A stretch of 64,000 nucleotides of DNA from Candidatus Micrarchaeota archaeon (GTDB taxonomy: Archaea; Iainarchaeota; Iainarchaeia; JAADDC01): positions 1,698 through 65,697 of the forward strand of contig JALTXX010000004.1 of NCBI GenBank assembly GCA_027046625.1, read 5' to 3'. The notes beneath the pieces are model-generated. The model saw only the letters and a program-made list of their open reading frames with translations. It was not told the origin of the DNA and did not search any database. The position numbers were made by a program, and so were the translations under genes. Positions 28,834-38,192 of this stretch are shown piece by piece. Within the stretch, counting starts at the first letter, position 1, and the number at the start of each line of letters is the position of its first letter.

Positions 28834-29607
28834 TTGCACAGGTTCAGGGTAAATAAACCTCCTATGGACGATACTATCAAGAGGCTTGAAAATGTTTTGA
28901 AGAGCATCAAAGAGGGTAAAAAGTCTGCAAAAGATTTGCTCCCCTATCTGAGGCATCTTTCAAGTAGAGGGTTCATAGACTTTAGCAAGGAAGATCATAG
29001 AAAAATGCTCATAAAGATTCTTGAGAAAATGGATGAGCACAAGTTCTATTCAACCGCTTTTTGGAACCTAACAAAGAGGGTAGCAGCACATGGAGGACTA
29101 GAAGAGGTGTTTCATATCTTAGAAGAAGGTGTACCTAAAATCCCCGACACAAAAGAGGCGTTTGAGCTTTTGAAGGAAGTGGGCCTGGAGCACAACCTAT
29201 CAAATCCCGAAACACGGAGACTCTTCGTATCCATCCTTTACAGAATGAAGAGGTTCTGGGATGTCATGGAGAGGCTTGCCAAGTATGAAGAACACAGGGA
29301 CAAAATTATAGAGATGGTAAAGGACGTGTTGCCGAGATTGGGTGACTTGCCAAACATTCTCTCGCTCGCTGCAAAATTCTCCAAATTTGAGTTTTTGCGT
29401 CCTTACATTAGCATAAGGGAGTTATTGAAGAGGAAAGAACAAATCGAGCTATCTAATCTAGTAGAAAGCAGGAAAACGTTTCTAAGGAGGAAAATAGAGG
29501 AGCTAAGGGATTTGAGACTTAGCCCATACTCTGAAAAGATTAGGAGCACGTATACTAAGCAAATATCTAACGCAGTCATAAAAAGTTCACACAGGGTGGA
29601 TATATAG
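28834..29607 (+). CDS. Hypothetical alpha-helical protein (257 aa)
   Basis: Intact ORF with even composition, no transmembrane segment, and no recognisable motif. Confidence 0.5.
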   Translation: MHRFRVNKPPMDDTIKRLENVLKSIKEGKKSAKDLLPYLRHLSSRGFIDFSKEDHRKMLIKILEKMDEHKFYSTAFWNLTKRVAAHGGLEEVFHILEEGVPKIPDTKEAFELLKEVGLEHNLSNPETRRLFVSILYRMKRFWDVMERLAKYEEHRDKIIEMVKDVLPRLGDLPNILSLAAKFSKFEFLRPYISIRELLKRKEQIELSNLVESRKTFLRRKIEELRDLRLSPYSEKIRSTYTKQISNAVIKSSHRVDI

Positions 29608-29776
29608 ACATATTAGATGAAGAAGAGGCTCTTCTATTGAGAGAGTTCATAGAAGAGCTGACAAAGCTAGAACGGCACAAGCGCCCCCTTGTAAAGGAGT
29701 TCATAGAGAAGGTCAGGAAGCATTCGTTGTACAGAGAGGTCGCTAGAGGTACTTATACATAACAATTCCCAACCGA

Positions 29777-29790
29777 AAGGTATTTATTCA
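29777..29790 (+). promoter_or_regulatory. Putative TATA box upstream of the pilin-lectin gene
   Basis: AAAGGTATTTATTC about 25 nt upstream of ATG 29810. Short or no leader. Confidence 0.3.
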
Positions 29791-29809
29791 TCGTTTTTTT
29801 TTCGTTAGG

Positions 29810-30676
29810 ATGAGAGGTATCTCGCCCATTGTGGCAACGGTGCTGCTGATTGCCATAGTGATTGCTATTGGGGCATTACTTTATACGGGTATAGTGCAGA
29901 TGTTAGAGAGTTCTCCCAAGGAGAATCGTGTATACTCCGTCAGGCTAGAGGCATTCAAGGAAACGCCTCCACCCGAGGTGTACATTACAAGCTTTCACTA
30001 TTATATGCCGGTCTCTACGGAGATGAACTGGCCGGATGCATTTAACTATTGTAAAGAAAGGGGGATGTTTCTTGCCACACCCACAACCATGCCCCAAATA
30101 GACAAACTAAAGGATATTATACAGAAAAATGGGTGGTCAAATGCGTTTATAGGAGTTTATCAGGAGCCGGGAGCCGTAGAACCAGACAGGGGTTGGAAGT
30201 ACATTACTGGCATTGATGTGAGCCCCTTCTTCTGGAAAAGCGGCGAGCCTACCAATGGTCTTGGTGCCGAACACGTTGCAGTACAGACACTGAGTGGCTG
30301 GAACGATGTAAATGCTTTAAATGCGACTTTCTTTGTGTGTGAGAAGCTTGGTTTGGGGTTTACATTACAGAACCTTTCAAAGGAGGGTATAATACGCATA
30401 AACGAGCTCACACTGCATATATATGATGAGAAGAGTGGAGATCTTTTAGCTGCTGTATCTTTAGGACCGCTATCTCACCGTTTTAGTGTGAAAGGGCTCT
30501 CAGATACATTTGAAATACCAAAAATTATATGTGACGACTATGATATATCTCCGGGAGAAAGTACTACCTGTAGACTAATGGCCATTCCTTTCAAGCCCAA
30601 GCTGTACGAAAGTTTAGACCTGAAGCTTTGTCTTTCAGGAGAAGGAGTGTATGCCTGCGATACAATAAGCATTTAG
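29810..30676 (+). CDS. Archaeal pilin N-terminal domain fused to a C-type lectin-like domain
   Basis: MRGISPIVATVLLIAIVIAIGALLYTG (class III/Pilin_N). C-type lectin signatures follow: NWPDAFNYCKERGMFLATP (WxxAxxxCxxxGxxLA), AFIGVY (WIGL-like), WKYITGIDVSPFFWKSGEPTNG (WxWxDG...WxxGEPN-like), WNDVNA (WND), FFVCEK (FICEK). Confidence 0.7.
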   Translation: MRGISPIVATVLLIAIVIAIGALLYTGIVQMLESSPKENRVYSVRLEAFKETPPPEVYITSFHYYMPVSTEMNWPDAFNYCKERGMFLATPTTMPQIDKLKDIIQKNGWSNAFIGVYQEPGAVEPDRGWKYITGIDVSPFFWKSGEPTNGLGAEHVAVQTLSGWNDVNALNATFFVCEKLGLGFTLQNLSKEGIIRINELTLHIYDEKSGDLLAAVSLGPLSHRFSVKGLSDTFEIPKIICDDYDISPGESTTCRLMAIPFKPKLYESLDLKLCLSGEGVYACDTISI

Positions 30677-30760
30677 TGCGGGGGGTGGGATTCGAACCCA
30701 CGAAGGGACTAACCCAACGGGTCCTAAGCCCGTCCCCTTTGGCCGCTCGGGCACCCCCGC
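30677..30760 (-). tRNA. tRNA-Leu (anticodon TAG)
   Basis: Reverse complement GCGGGGGTGCCCGAGCGGCCAAAGGGGACGGGCTTAGGACCCGTTGGGTTAGTCCCTTCGTGGGTTCGAATCCCACCCCCCGCA. Anticodon stem ACGGG/CCCGT with loop CTTAGGA, a long variable arm, and T-loop TTCGAAT. Confidence 0.8.
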
Positions 30761-30827
30761 ACCTTACATGATCTAATTACACAAGGTGGTAGATATTTTA
30801 TAAATCCTAACATGATGGTATCCTTTC

Positions 30828-31619
30828 ATGGCAAGGAATAAGGAGTTTGAGTCATTTAAGAAGATGGTAATGGTGGGGTTTGGTATTCTTTTGGTGTTGC
30901 AAATACTTCAGTTTGCATACTTCTCGAATATGCTAAGCCAGGTAGGTAAGTCCTCTGCCATAAAGCTCAAAGAAATATCCCTTCCTACCTTTGACGAGTA
31001 CGATCCTAGAATAGGGGGAGGAGATACCATCCTGTTCATCGAGTTTACAGACTATGAGTGTCCGTTCTGTGCTAGACATGCAACACAGACGTTTCCGCAA
31101 ATAATGGCAAAGTATGGGGACAAAATGACGTATGCTATCATGGATCTACCTCTAACACAAATACATCCAAAGGCCATACCACTGGCTAAGCTTGTGAACT
31201 GTACCTTCAAAGAGTACGGCGGAGAGGCCGCCTTCAAACTAAAGGACTACATATTTAGCAATAGAGAGAATTGGGTGGATCTTTCCAATGAAGAAGCCAT
31301 AAATTACATAAAGAACTACCTAGCAGAGAACAACATGAACGTTGATGAGTGTGCAAATAGTACAGAGGTGGAAAGAGAGATACAGAACGATCTTGTACTG
31401 GCAGTGAGGGACTATGGATTTAATGGAACACCCAGTTTCATCATAGCCATGAAGGGTGTTACCCCAGACGAGCTTGAGGAGCTAAAGTCCACTCTTGATG
31501 ACTATGCCTTTGCAGGACTAAGATACAGACTAGTAAAGGCTGGGGATTACGTGGCGGTGATGACGTCTGGAGCGCTACCATTCCAAGTGTTTGACAACAT
31601 ACTGAAGTACGCAGGATAA
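30828..31619 (+). CDS. DsbA-like thiol:disulfide oxidoreductase (membrane-anchored)
   Basis: N-terminal transmembrane helix and a thioredoxin fold with CPFC active site (FIEFTDYECPFCARHATQTFPQI). Confidence 0.75.
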   Translation: MARNKEFESFKKMVMVGFGILLVLQILQFAYFSNMLSQVGKSSAIKLKEISLPTFDEYDPRIGGGDTILFIEFTDYECPFCARHATQTFPQIMAKYGDKMTYAIMDLPLTQIHPKAIPLAKLVNCTFKEYGGEAAFKLKDYIFSNRENWVDLSNEEAINYIKNYLAENNMNVDECANSTEVEREIQNDLVLAVRDYGFNGTPSFIIAMKGVTPDELEELKSTLDDYAFAGLRYRLVKAGDYVAVMTSGALPFQVFDNILKYAG

Positions 31620-31668
31620 CAATCGTTAACGGGAGCGTTTAAAATTACCATGCAATGGAGGGAATAGT

Positions 31669-32370
31669 ATGGCGCTGAGCGAGAACGATAAGAAGACATT
31701 AAAGGAGATGCTAAAGGTAATTGAAAGGGATGTGAAGATACTTTTCTTCCGTACGGAGAAACCCACCTGTATGTACTGTGACATCACAGAGGATTTGCTA
31801 AAGGATATTGCCTCAGTGAATGATAAGGTATCCTATGAAGTATACTGGGTGGAGAAGGACAAAGAAATGGTGGAGAAGTACGGTATAAAGGAGGCACCCG
31901 CCATACTCTTTCAGGAGTACCCAAACATTATCTATCAAGGAATACCCTCAGGGCACGAAATAATGGCATTTGTAGATGACATAAAAATGGTAGGTACTGG
32001 AAAGATGGAGTTTGAGCCTCCCGAAGAGCTAAAGAGGACGGTAAACGAGATAGATGTTCCCCTTGATATCTATGTGTTTGTAACGCCACAGTGTCCATAC
32101 TGCCCCTTTGCAGTGAAAGCATCTCATAGACTTGCATTTATGAACAAAAACATAAGGGGGTTCATGATAGAGGCATTAGAATTTCCCGAGTGGGCAGATA
32201 AATATGCAGTATCTGCTGTGCCAAAAAATGTCATAGTGGACAGAGATACAGGAAGCACATTACTTGAATGGGAAGGGTGCCCACCCGATATAGTGCAGGC
32301 TGTTGACATGTTTGCCCACTACACAGCTCATGCCGTTCTTCATAAGAAGGGGATACACCATGAGCATTGA
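31669..32370 (+). CDS. Protein disulfide oxidoreductase (PDO; two thioredoxin-fold units)
   Basis: Two CXXC sites (CMYCD in the N-terminal unit, CPYCP in the C-terminal unit), 233 aa. This is the hyperthermophile PDO architecture. Confidence 0.8.
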   Translation: MALSENDKKTLKEMLKVIERDVKILFFRTEKPTCMYCDITEDLLKDIASVNDKVSYEVYWVEKDKEMVEKYGIKEAPAILFQEYPNIIYQGIPSGHEIMAFVDDIKMVGTGKMEFEPPEELKRTVNEIDVPLDIYVFVTPQCPYCPFAVKASHRLAFMNKNIRGFMIEALEFPEWADKYAVSAVPKNVIVDRDTGSTLLEWEGCPPDIVQAVDMFAHYTAHAVLHKKGIHHEH

Positions 32371-33337
32371 GATATCCCTCTCTCTGGGAACGGTGGGCAA
32401 GAAGGAACTGGGAGAAGAATATGATGTAGTTATCATAGGAGGCGGGCCTGCAGGGTTGACAGCTGCTATTTACGCAGGTAGATCCCTCCTAAGGACAGCA
32501 GTCATATCCAAGGACTTTGGGGGGCAAGTACTTGACGCTCACCTTGTGGAAAACTATCCGGGTTTCCCCTCCATAAAGGGCTCTGAACTTATGGATAGGT
32601 TTAGAGAGCACGCTGAGAAGTTTGGAGCCGAAATGATCCAGGCAGAGGTAACAACCATAGAAAAGGAGGGAAAATGGTTCAGGATAAAAACAACCATAGG
32701 TGAGACAAGGGCAAAGGTAGTTATATACTCCACAGGCTCTGTTCACAGAAAGCTCAAGGTACCGGGTGAGGAGGAACTTCAGGGGAAGGGGGTTTCATAC
32801 TGTGCCATATGTGATGCGGCCCTCTTTAGAGGGAAAAGTGTAGCCATTGTGGGTGGAGGGAACACGGCGCTCATGGATGCAGAGCTACTCACCCAGTATG
32901 TGGAAAAACTGTACATTATACACAGAAGAAGGGAGTTTAGGGGAGAGCCCATATATGTAGAGCGTTTGAGAAAGGAGGATAAGGTAGAATTTGTGGTTCC
33001 CTACATAGTGAAAAGAATTCTTGGAAAGGAAAGGGTGGAAGGTGTAGAGATAGAGAATAGGGAAACGGGAGAGAGAAAAATACTGAAGGTGGACGGGGTG
33101 TTTATAGACATCGGCATGGAGCCCCAAACAGATCTGGTAAAACCATTAGGTGTGGAACTAAATGAGAAAGGATACATAAAGGTAAGGGAGGATATGAGCA
33201 CCAACGTGGAGGGGTTCTACGCAGCCGGGGATGTAACCACTGCTTGTAGAGGTATACACCAGATTGTTACTGCTGCTGCTCAAGGGGCTATAGCTGCTAT
33301 ATCTGCATATGAATACCTAAAGGGGTGGGAAGCATGA
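32360..33337 (+). CDS. trxB: Thioredoxin reductase (FAD/NAD(P)H, CxxC)
   Basis: GGGPAGLTAAIYAG FAD motif, CAICDA redox-active disulfide, GGGNTALMDAELL NAD(P)H motif. Start taken at MSIEIS (overlaps PDO by 11 nt). Confidence 0.85.
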   Translation: MSIEISLSLGTVGKKELGEEYDVVIIGGGPAGLTAAIYAGRSLLRTAVISKDFGGQVLDAHLVENYPGFPSIKGSELMDRFREHAEKFGAEMIQAEVTTIEKEGKWFRIKTTIGETRAKVVIYSTGSVHRKLKVPGEEELQGKGVSYCAICDAALFRGKSVAIVGGGNTALMDAELLTQYVEKLYIIHRRREFRGEPIYVERLRKEDKVEFVVPYIVKRILGKERVEGVEIENRETGERKILKVDGVFIDIGMEPQTDLVKPLGVELNEKGYIKVREDMSTNVEGFYAAGDVTTACRGIHQIVTAAAQGAIAAISAYEYLKGWEA

Positions 33338-33963
33338 GGTTGTTGGAGAAAATCTTCATAACAAGGGATTTGGTGTACCTCATCTTTGAGAAGGTGCCCT
33401 TTGAGGCTGGACATGCAATAGGGGTTAGGAAGGGAGACGTCAGGCGGTTCTACTCGCCAGCCTCCTCTCCACACGATGAGGTTACCACCCTTCTTGTAAG
33501 GTTGAAAGATGGGGGAGCTATGAGTGAGATATTCAGGAAAGCAGAACCTGGGGAGGAGTTTGAGCTGGATGGGTATGCTGGAAGGCTAGATATAAAATAC
33601 CTTGAAGGGAAAGTGGGTGTACTCTCGGCAGGCACGGGCATTGCTCCCTTCAGATCCCTGTACAGGGAGGCAAGAAGGAGAGGGATGAACCTGGATGTCA
33701 TCCACATACACTCCTCCAGATACCTGTATGAAGTACCCTTTATGGGAGAGTGGGAACGGTATGTTATCTTCATTCCCACCATTACCAGAGATGAACATTA
33801 TGAGGGGGAGAAGGGAAGAATAGATGAGGAGAAGATTAAAAAGTACATAAAAGACTTTAAGGAGAGGAGATTCCTAGTGTGTGGACCTGCAACCTTTGTG
33901 GCAAGCATGTTGAAAATGTTAAAAGGGATGGGAGTGGAGGAGGTCATTGTAGAAGGATGGTAA
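33325..33963 (+). CDS. FNR-family FAD/NAD(P)-binding oxidoreductase-like protein
   Basis: RxYS FAD motif (RRFYSPAS) and GTGIAPF NAD(P)-binding motif, 212 aa. No Fe-S cysteine cluster. Confidence 0.6.
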   Translation: MGSMRLLEKIFITRDLVYLIFEKVPFEAGHAIGVRKGDVRRFYSPASSPHDEVTTLLVRLKDGGAMSEIFRKAEPGEEFELDGYAGRLDIKYLEGKVGVLSAGTGIAPFRSLYREARRRGMNLDVIHIHSSRYLYEVPFMGEWERYVIFIPTITRDEHYEGEKGRIDEEKIKKYIKDFKERRFLVCGPATFVASMLKMLKGMGVEEVIVEGW

Positions 33964-34395
33964 TTACTCTATACCCACATCCTCAATATACTTTATGAGC
34001 TTCCTTAGGAGACGCTGTGTTTCCTCCTTCAGCTCGTTGGCATCCACCTCTAGCTTAAGAAGCTTGTTGTCAAGCTCCTTTATCTTTTTGTTATCAAGTT
34101 TTATCTTCTCCTTTAACAGGCTCTTCTTTCTTATGGTGTTTTCCAGTATCTCAATACTATTCCTTATACTTTCCATCTCAAGATAAAGGATATCAGAAAG
34201 CAAAACAAGCCTGGACCACTCCTTTCTCTGGTCAGAGGGGAGGTATGGAGCAAACCTATCAAAGTAGTAGTGTATAACGTCCACCAAATTCCCTACATAC
34301 TTCTTTACGGATCCTACCCTTTCTGGCAAATTTCCAAGGAACTTTGCCACGAGTTTATCCGCTTCCTCTTGGGGATTGGGGCGGTCCTCTGACAT
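33964..34395 (-). CDS. Hypothetical coiled-coil protein (143 aa)
   Basis: Intact ORF with heptad-like K/E/L composition. Confidence 0.4.
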   Translation of the reverse strand: MSEDRPNPQEEADKLVAKFLGNLPERVGSVKKYVGNLVDVIHYYFDRFAPYLPSDQRKEWSRLVLLSDILYLEMESIRNSIEILENTIRKKSLLKEKIKLDNKKIKELDNKLLKLEVDANELKEETQRLLRKLIKYIEDVGIE

Positions 34396-35135
34396 GTATG
34401 TTATGGATGGTAGAGGTCCGTTTAAAATGGAAACCCCTCAACATCATTATCATGGACCACCTCGGCAGGGCAAGGTTTATACTTCGATCCTACGAAAAGA
34501 AGCTATACACGCTTAACACGGTTTTAAGAGAAAGTTACAGGATAAAGGAGTTTCTTGAGAAACTCGAGGAAGACTTTGAGGCACTAAAAAAGTTTCTTGA
34601 GGAACACCCTGAGATGGACTCCATTGTTAGGGAATACGTAAAGGATCAGGAGATACTACCTGCCGTGAAGGATTTAAGGTATAAGTATACAGCTATCATG
34701 GATGTTCTTAGGGAATACAATGAAAAAATTGAAGAGATGGAGATGTTCTTTGAGAGGTATAGGAATTACAGGTACTATGTAATGGAGGAAGAGCAGATCA
34801 TTCGCCTGGTTGGAAGATTGTTCGAGGACGAGGAGAGGGTAGTATTCAGAATGGTGCTGGCAAGAAAGCCGTTCTCCGAGGAGTTTGTAAAGAAGGTAGG
34901 GGGAGAGATGGTGGACAGCTTTACCATAGAGATACCAGGAGAACTTTCTCCCCTCGCTGTGGAGAGGTTCCTTACGGAGTATCCAGATAGCGGCTTTTCT
35001 ATAGAGTCTGGAAAGTACAACGTTATATACAAACCAGAGCAGGGCATTGTAAAGGTAGAGTTTACATCCGTGGGGTATATACCCCATGTAGATAGTATCG
35101 TGAAGGGGTTGGGAGGCACCCTCCTTAACCTGTGA
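34344..35135 (+). CDS. Hypothetical protein (start probably at an internal Met near 34452)
   Basis: Intact ORF with no motif support. The N-terminal 36 codons overlap the divergent upstream gene. Confidence 0.4.
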   Translation: MPRVYPLPLGDWGGPLTCMLWMVEVRLKWKPLNIIIMDHLGRARFILRSYEKKLYTLNTVLRESYRIKEFLEKLEEDFEALKKFLEEHPEMDSIVREYVKDQEILPAVKDLRYKYTAIMDVLREYNEKIEEMEMFFERYRNYRYYVMEEEQIIRLVGRLFEDEERVVFRMVLARKPFSEEFVKKVGGEMVDSFTIEIPGELSPLAVERFLTEYPDSGFSIESGKYNVIYKPEQGIVKVEFTSVGYIPHVDSIVKGLGGTLLNL

Positions 35136-35176
35136 GTTCGACGATTGTTTTTATTAGGTTCGTCACATATCATAGC

Positions 35177-35881
35177 ATGGATAAGCTTGCCCTTATTATA
35201 GCGGGAGAAATATCTCTATCCAAGGACCCTGGCTCCTCCATGAGGAAGTGGAGAGAGCTTTTTGGCATTAGCCAGTCTGAACTCTCCCACCATCTTGGAG
35301 TTTCGGCTTCTACCATATCAGACTATGAGAGTGGCAGGAGAAAAAGCCCTGGAATAAACGTTGTGAGGAGGTTTGTACAGGCCCTTATAGACATCGACAG
35401 ATCGAGGGGAGGAAAGATAGTGAAGCATCTCGAAAGGCAGCTCATAAAAGGATACGAGGAAGCCACCTATGAGGTTCACGAGTTCTACACTGGGGTTCCT
35501 GCCTCTGAATTTATAAAGCGTATAGAGGGAAATGTTATTGTAAACGAAGAATTTGTGCCCAACACCATGATATTTGGCTATACCCTCATTGATTCTATAC
35601 GGACCATTACAGAGCTTTCCTCAAAGGAGTACATAAGATTGTTTGGATCCACTCCTCGCAGGGCCCTCATCTTTACAGGAGTAACCACAGGAAGATCTCC
35701 CATGATAGCCATTAAGATAGGTAAATTCTGTGCAGACTTCTCTCCTGAAATCGTAGTAATGACAGGTATAGAGAGGCCGGATGGCGTGGCGATAAAGATT
35801 GCGGAGAAGGAGAAGATCATACTTGTAACTACCTTCATGGAACCTAGAGACATTGTCAACTCTCTCAAGGAGTTTGAATAG
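35177..35881 (+). CDS. XRE-type HTH transcriptional regulator with C-terminal domain (COG1395-like)
   Basis: HTH segment MRKWRELFGISQSELSHHLGVSASTISDYESGRRKSP, then an approximately 150 aa domain. Start taken at MDKLAL. Confidence 0.55.
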   Translation: MDKLALIIAGEISLSKDPGSSMRKWRELFGISQSELSHHLGVSASTISDYESGRRKSPGINVVRRFVQALIDIDRSRGGKIVKHLERQLIKGYEEATYEVHEFYTGVPASEFIKRIEGNVIVNEEFVPNTMIFGYTLIDSIRTITELSSKEYIRLFGSTPRRALIFTGVTTGRSPMIAIKIGKFCADFSPEIVVMTGIERPDGVAIKIAEKEKIILVTTFMEPRDIVNSLKEFE

Positions 35882-36887
35882 ATTGGGCTATCTTCTTGAT
35901 TACATTTACGTTACCTAGTATTTTTCCATCCTTCAAAACACAGTATTGATACACATTGTTCTCATAGACTGGAGTTCCAAGCCTCTTGCACAGCTCCTCC
36001 TCCTGGGGGAACAAGCCGTTTACCTCTTGATTCTTAGAGGGGAAACCAAGCACTACCATGTTTTTGGCTATAAGGAGGGGTACAGATCCATCCCAAGATA
36101 GGTTCAGCTCTCTTACAATCCTGAAACCTTCGCTTCTGGAAACCTCCATGTAGGGTATGTTATACTCCTCTAGGTACCGCTTCAGGTTTATACAATGGGG
36201 GCAAGTGGGATCCCCTACCAACACAACATCCGATTCTGCCATCCCAAGGGATACAGAAGGCACCATGTAAAGGGCTACAAGGAAGAGGAGAAGGGAGGCA
36301 AGAAGGTGGAGATATCTTACATGTTTGTTTCTCCATTCAGCCACGCGCTCGGGATCGAGTCCTATTCCCACAAGGATGGTAATGGCTACCATGGGGAGAA
36401 CAAACACGACGTTGTATAGTAATAGGAGAGATATATCATTCATCATTCCTATTGCGGCAAGGTAGGGACCTGAAGTGCAAGGAAGAAGGAATATTGAGCA
36501 AAAAACAGCCACAGGAATGGCCGAAATCGGGTTTTTTGCTGTCTCTATAATCTTCTTTGCATATGGTCTTAAGAACATGGGCATCTCAAGGGAAGAAAAG
36601 CCAGGCTTGTAAAAGAGAAAAGCCTTTAGTTCCCAGAGTGCGAGAAGCAGTACAAGGAAGAACACTACACCTTTAAGGATAGAGTAGGTGTCAGTAACGG
36701 TAAAGAAGGTCATTAATCCCAACCCGTAAAGTGTGTACATAATAAACACGGTAGCTGTAAAGAGTATTCCTCCCAGTATAGCATTTCTTCTCCCCCCAGA
36801 GGATAGCAGCACCACAAGAAGGGCTGCCATTATGGCCAAGGTACAGGGGTTTACAGAGTCTGCCAGCGCTAGCAGAATGATCTCCAT
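35865..36887 (-). CDS. DsbD/CcdA-like transmembrane disulfide-transfer protein with C-terminal thioredoxin-like CxxC domain
   Basis: Two membrane-embedded Cys motifs (SVNPCTL and LLPCTSGPY) typical of CcdA/DsbD cores, plus C-terminal GDPTCPHCINLK. Confidence 0.65.
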   Translation of the reverse strand: MEIILLALADSVNPCTLAIMAALLVVLLSSGGRRNAILGGILFTATVFIMYTLYGLGLMTFFTVTDTYSILKGVVFFLVLLLALWELKAFLFYKPGFSSLEMPMFLRPYAKKIIETAKNPISAIPVAVFCSIFLLPCTSGPYLAAIGMMNDISLLLLYNVVFVLPMVAITILVGIGLDPERVAEWRNKHVRYLHLLASLLLFLVALYMVPSVSLGMAESDVVLVGDPTCPHCINLKRYLEEYNIPYMEVSRSEGFRIVRELNLSWDGSVPLLIAKNMVVLGFPSKNQEVNGLFPQEEELCKRLGTPVYENNVYQYCVLKDGKILGNVNVIKKIAQSIQTP

Positions 36888-36940
36888 TTTACATTACAAT
36901 CTGAGAAAGCCTTTTAGTAGCTACATAACAGTGTTAATGC

Positions 36941-37381
36941 GTGAGGATATCCCTAGGTAGAAGGGATGAAAAACTTTTTCTTATAGGAGTAGCAATAGTC
37001 CTCCTTGCATTCTACCTAGGAACTAGACAGTCCATCCTATTCTACGAGTACCTTCCACATTCCATCCCAGAAAACGGCATCCTAGTATTCTATCAACCCT
37101 CCTGTCCAAAGTGCATAGAGGAGATTCCCGTCATACAGAGACTTGTGAATGAGGGGTACAGGGTTCACACAATAGATGTGTACGAACGGCCGGATATTGC
37201 GGCTCTCTTTGGTGTGACAGTTACCCCTACTATTGTCATTCTTCCGGAGAGGACAAAATTAGAGGGGGCCGTATCTTATGATGACATTATGAGAGCCATA
37301 AAGGAAGGTGTTGAAGTAAAGGGGGAGGGCTGTGAGGTAAATATAGAAGGTGGGGGAGCTATAGCATGTGGGCTTACCTAA
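36941..37381 (+). CDS. Thioredoxin/glutaredoxin-like protein (CPKC), membrane-anchored
   Basis: N-terminal transmembrane helix and Trx-fold with FYQPSCPKCIEEIPV. Confidence 0.6.
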   Translation: MRISLGRRDEKLFLIGVAIVLLAFYLGTRQSILFYEYLPHSIPENGILVFYQPSCPKCIEEIPVIQRLVNEGYRVHTIDVYERPDIAALFGVTVTPTIVILPERTKLEGAVSYDDIMRAIKEGVEVKGEGCEVNIEGGGAIACGLT

Positions 37382-37929
37382 ATGGTATATTTGCAAGTCT
37401 TGGAGGGTGTACACTTCCGGTGCTTTCCATGCTGGTAGCAAAGGCTAAAGATAAAAATTTCAACAGAGTACGCTTTCTTTTGGAGTTTTTAGTAGTGCAA
37501 TTCCTTATATTTTCTGCCATAAACATAGGTGCTGCCTCCTTTTACGCTATATTTCGAGAGATTCAGCCAATAATGTTACTCATAGCATCTATCATAACAC
37601 TATACATAGCATTTGAGATGTACAGGGGGAGGGGTGTAAACCTCCCAGCGGTGGGTGGCATATACGGTATAGCCCTTTCTCCATGCTCCGTAGGGTTTGC
37701 GGTAGCAACGGCTGCCATGAGTATGGACGTGTATAACGCCATTCTCAATGCGTTCCTCTTCTCCCTTGGTGTTGTTACACCCCTAATAGTAGTAATGTTT
37801 ATTATACAAAGTGTGGAGCCCTTTATGAGGTACGGAGATGAAATAGAACTATTTGGATCTGTGTTACTGGTTATAGTGGCTGCGTACCTTGCATTCCTTG
37901 CAGGAAGTGGATGGAGGTGGGTGCCATGA
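37366..37929 (+). CDS. CcdA-like membrane protein (possible disulfide-transfer core)
   Basis: About six hydrophobic helices with Cys residues in helices 1 and 4 (LGGCTLPV, LSPCSVGF). Confidence 0.45.
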   Translation: MWAYLNGIFASLGGCTLPVLSMLVAKAKDKNFNRVRFLLEFLVVQFLIFSAINIGAASFYAIFREIQPIMLLIASIITLYIAFEMYRGRGVNLPAVGGIYGIALSPCSVGFAVATAAMSMDVYNAILNAFLFSLGVVTPLIVVMFIIQSVEPFMRYGDEIELFGSVLLVIVAAYLAFLAGSGWRWVP

Positions 37930-38192
37930 GTATATTTTGGTTTCATCTTATCATCCTTATAATTTTGGGCATTATCCTATTACCACCAGCCTTAAGGGGC
38001 AATAGAAGGGTTGCTATACCCATTCTAGGATTGCTGGGGCTATTTCTCTTCCACTGCATCTACTGGGGGGAAGCATGTACCCTCTGTGACATAACAAATC
38101 CTGTTTGTATGGCAGAGATTGGAGCATTCTGGCTGTTTTCCATATGGGGGATAATAGAATGGTGGCTACAATACCATACTCCCCAAAAATGA
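37911..38192 (+). CDS. Small membrane protein with a CxxC motif (93 aa)
   Basis: Two to three hydrophobic helices and a CTLCD motif in a short loop. Confidence 0.35.
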   Translation: MEVGAMSIFWFHLIILIILGIILLPPALRGNRRVAIPILGLLGLFLFHCIYWGEACTLCDITNPVCMAEIGAFWLFSIWGIIEWWLQYHTPQK

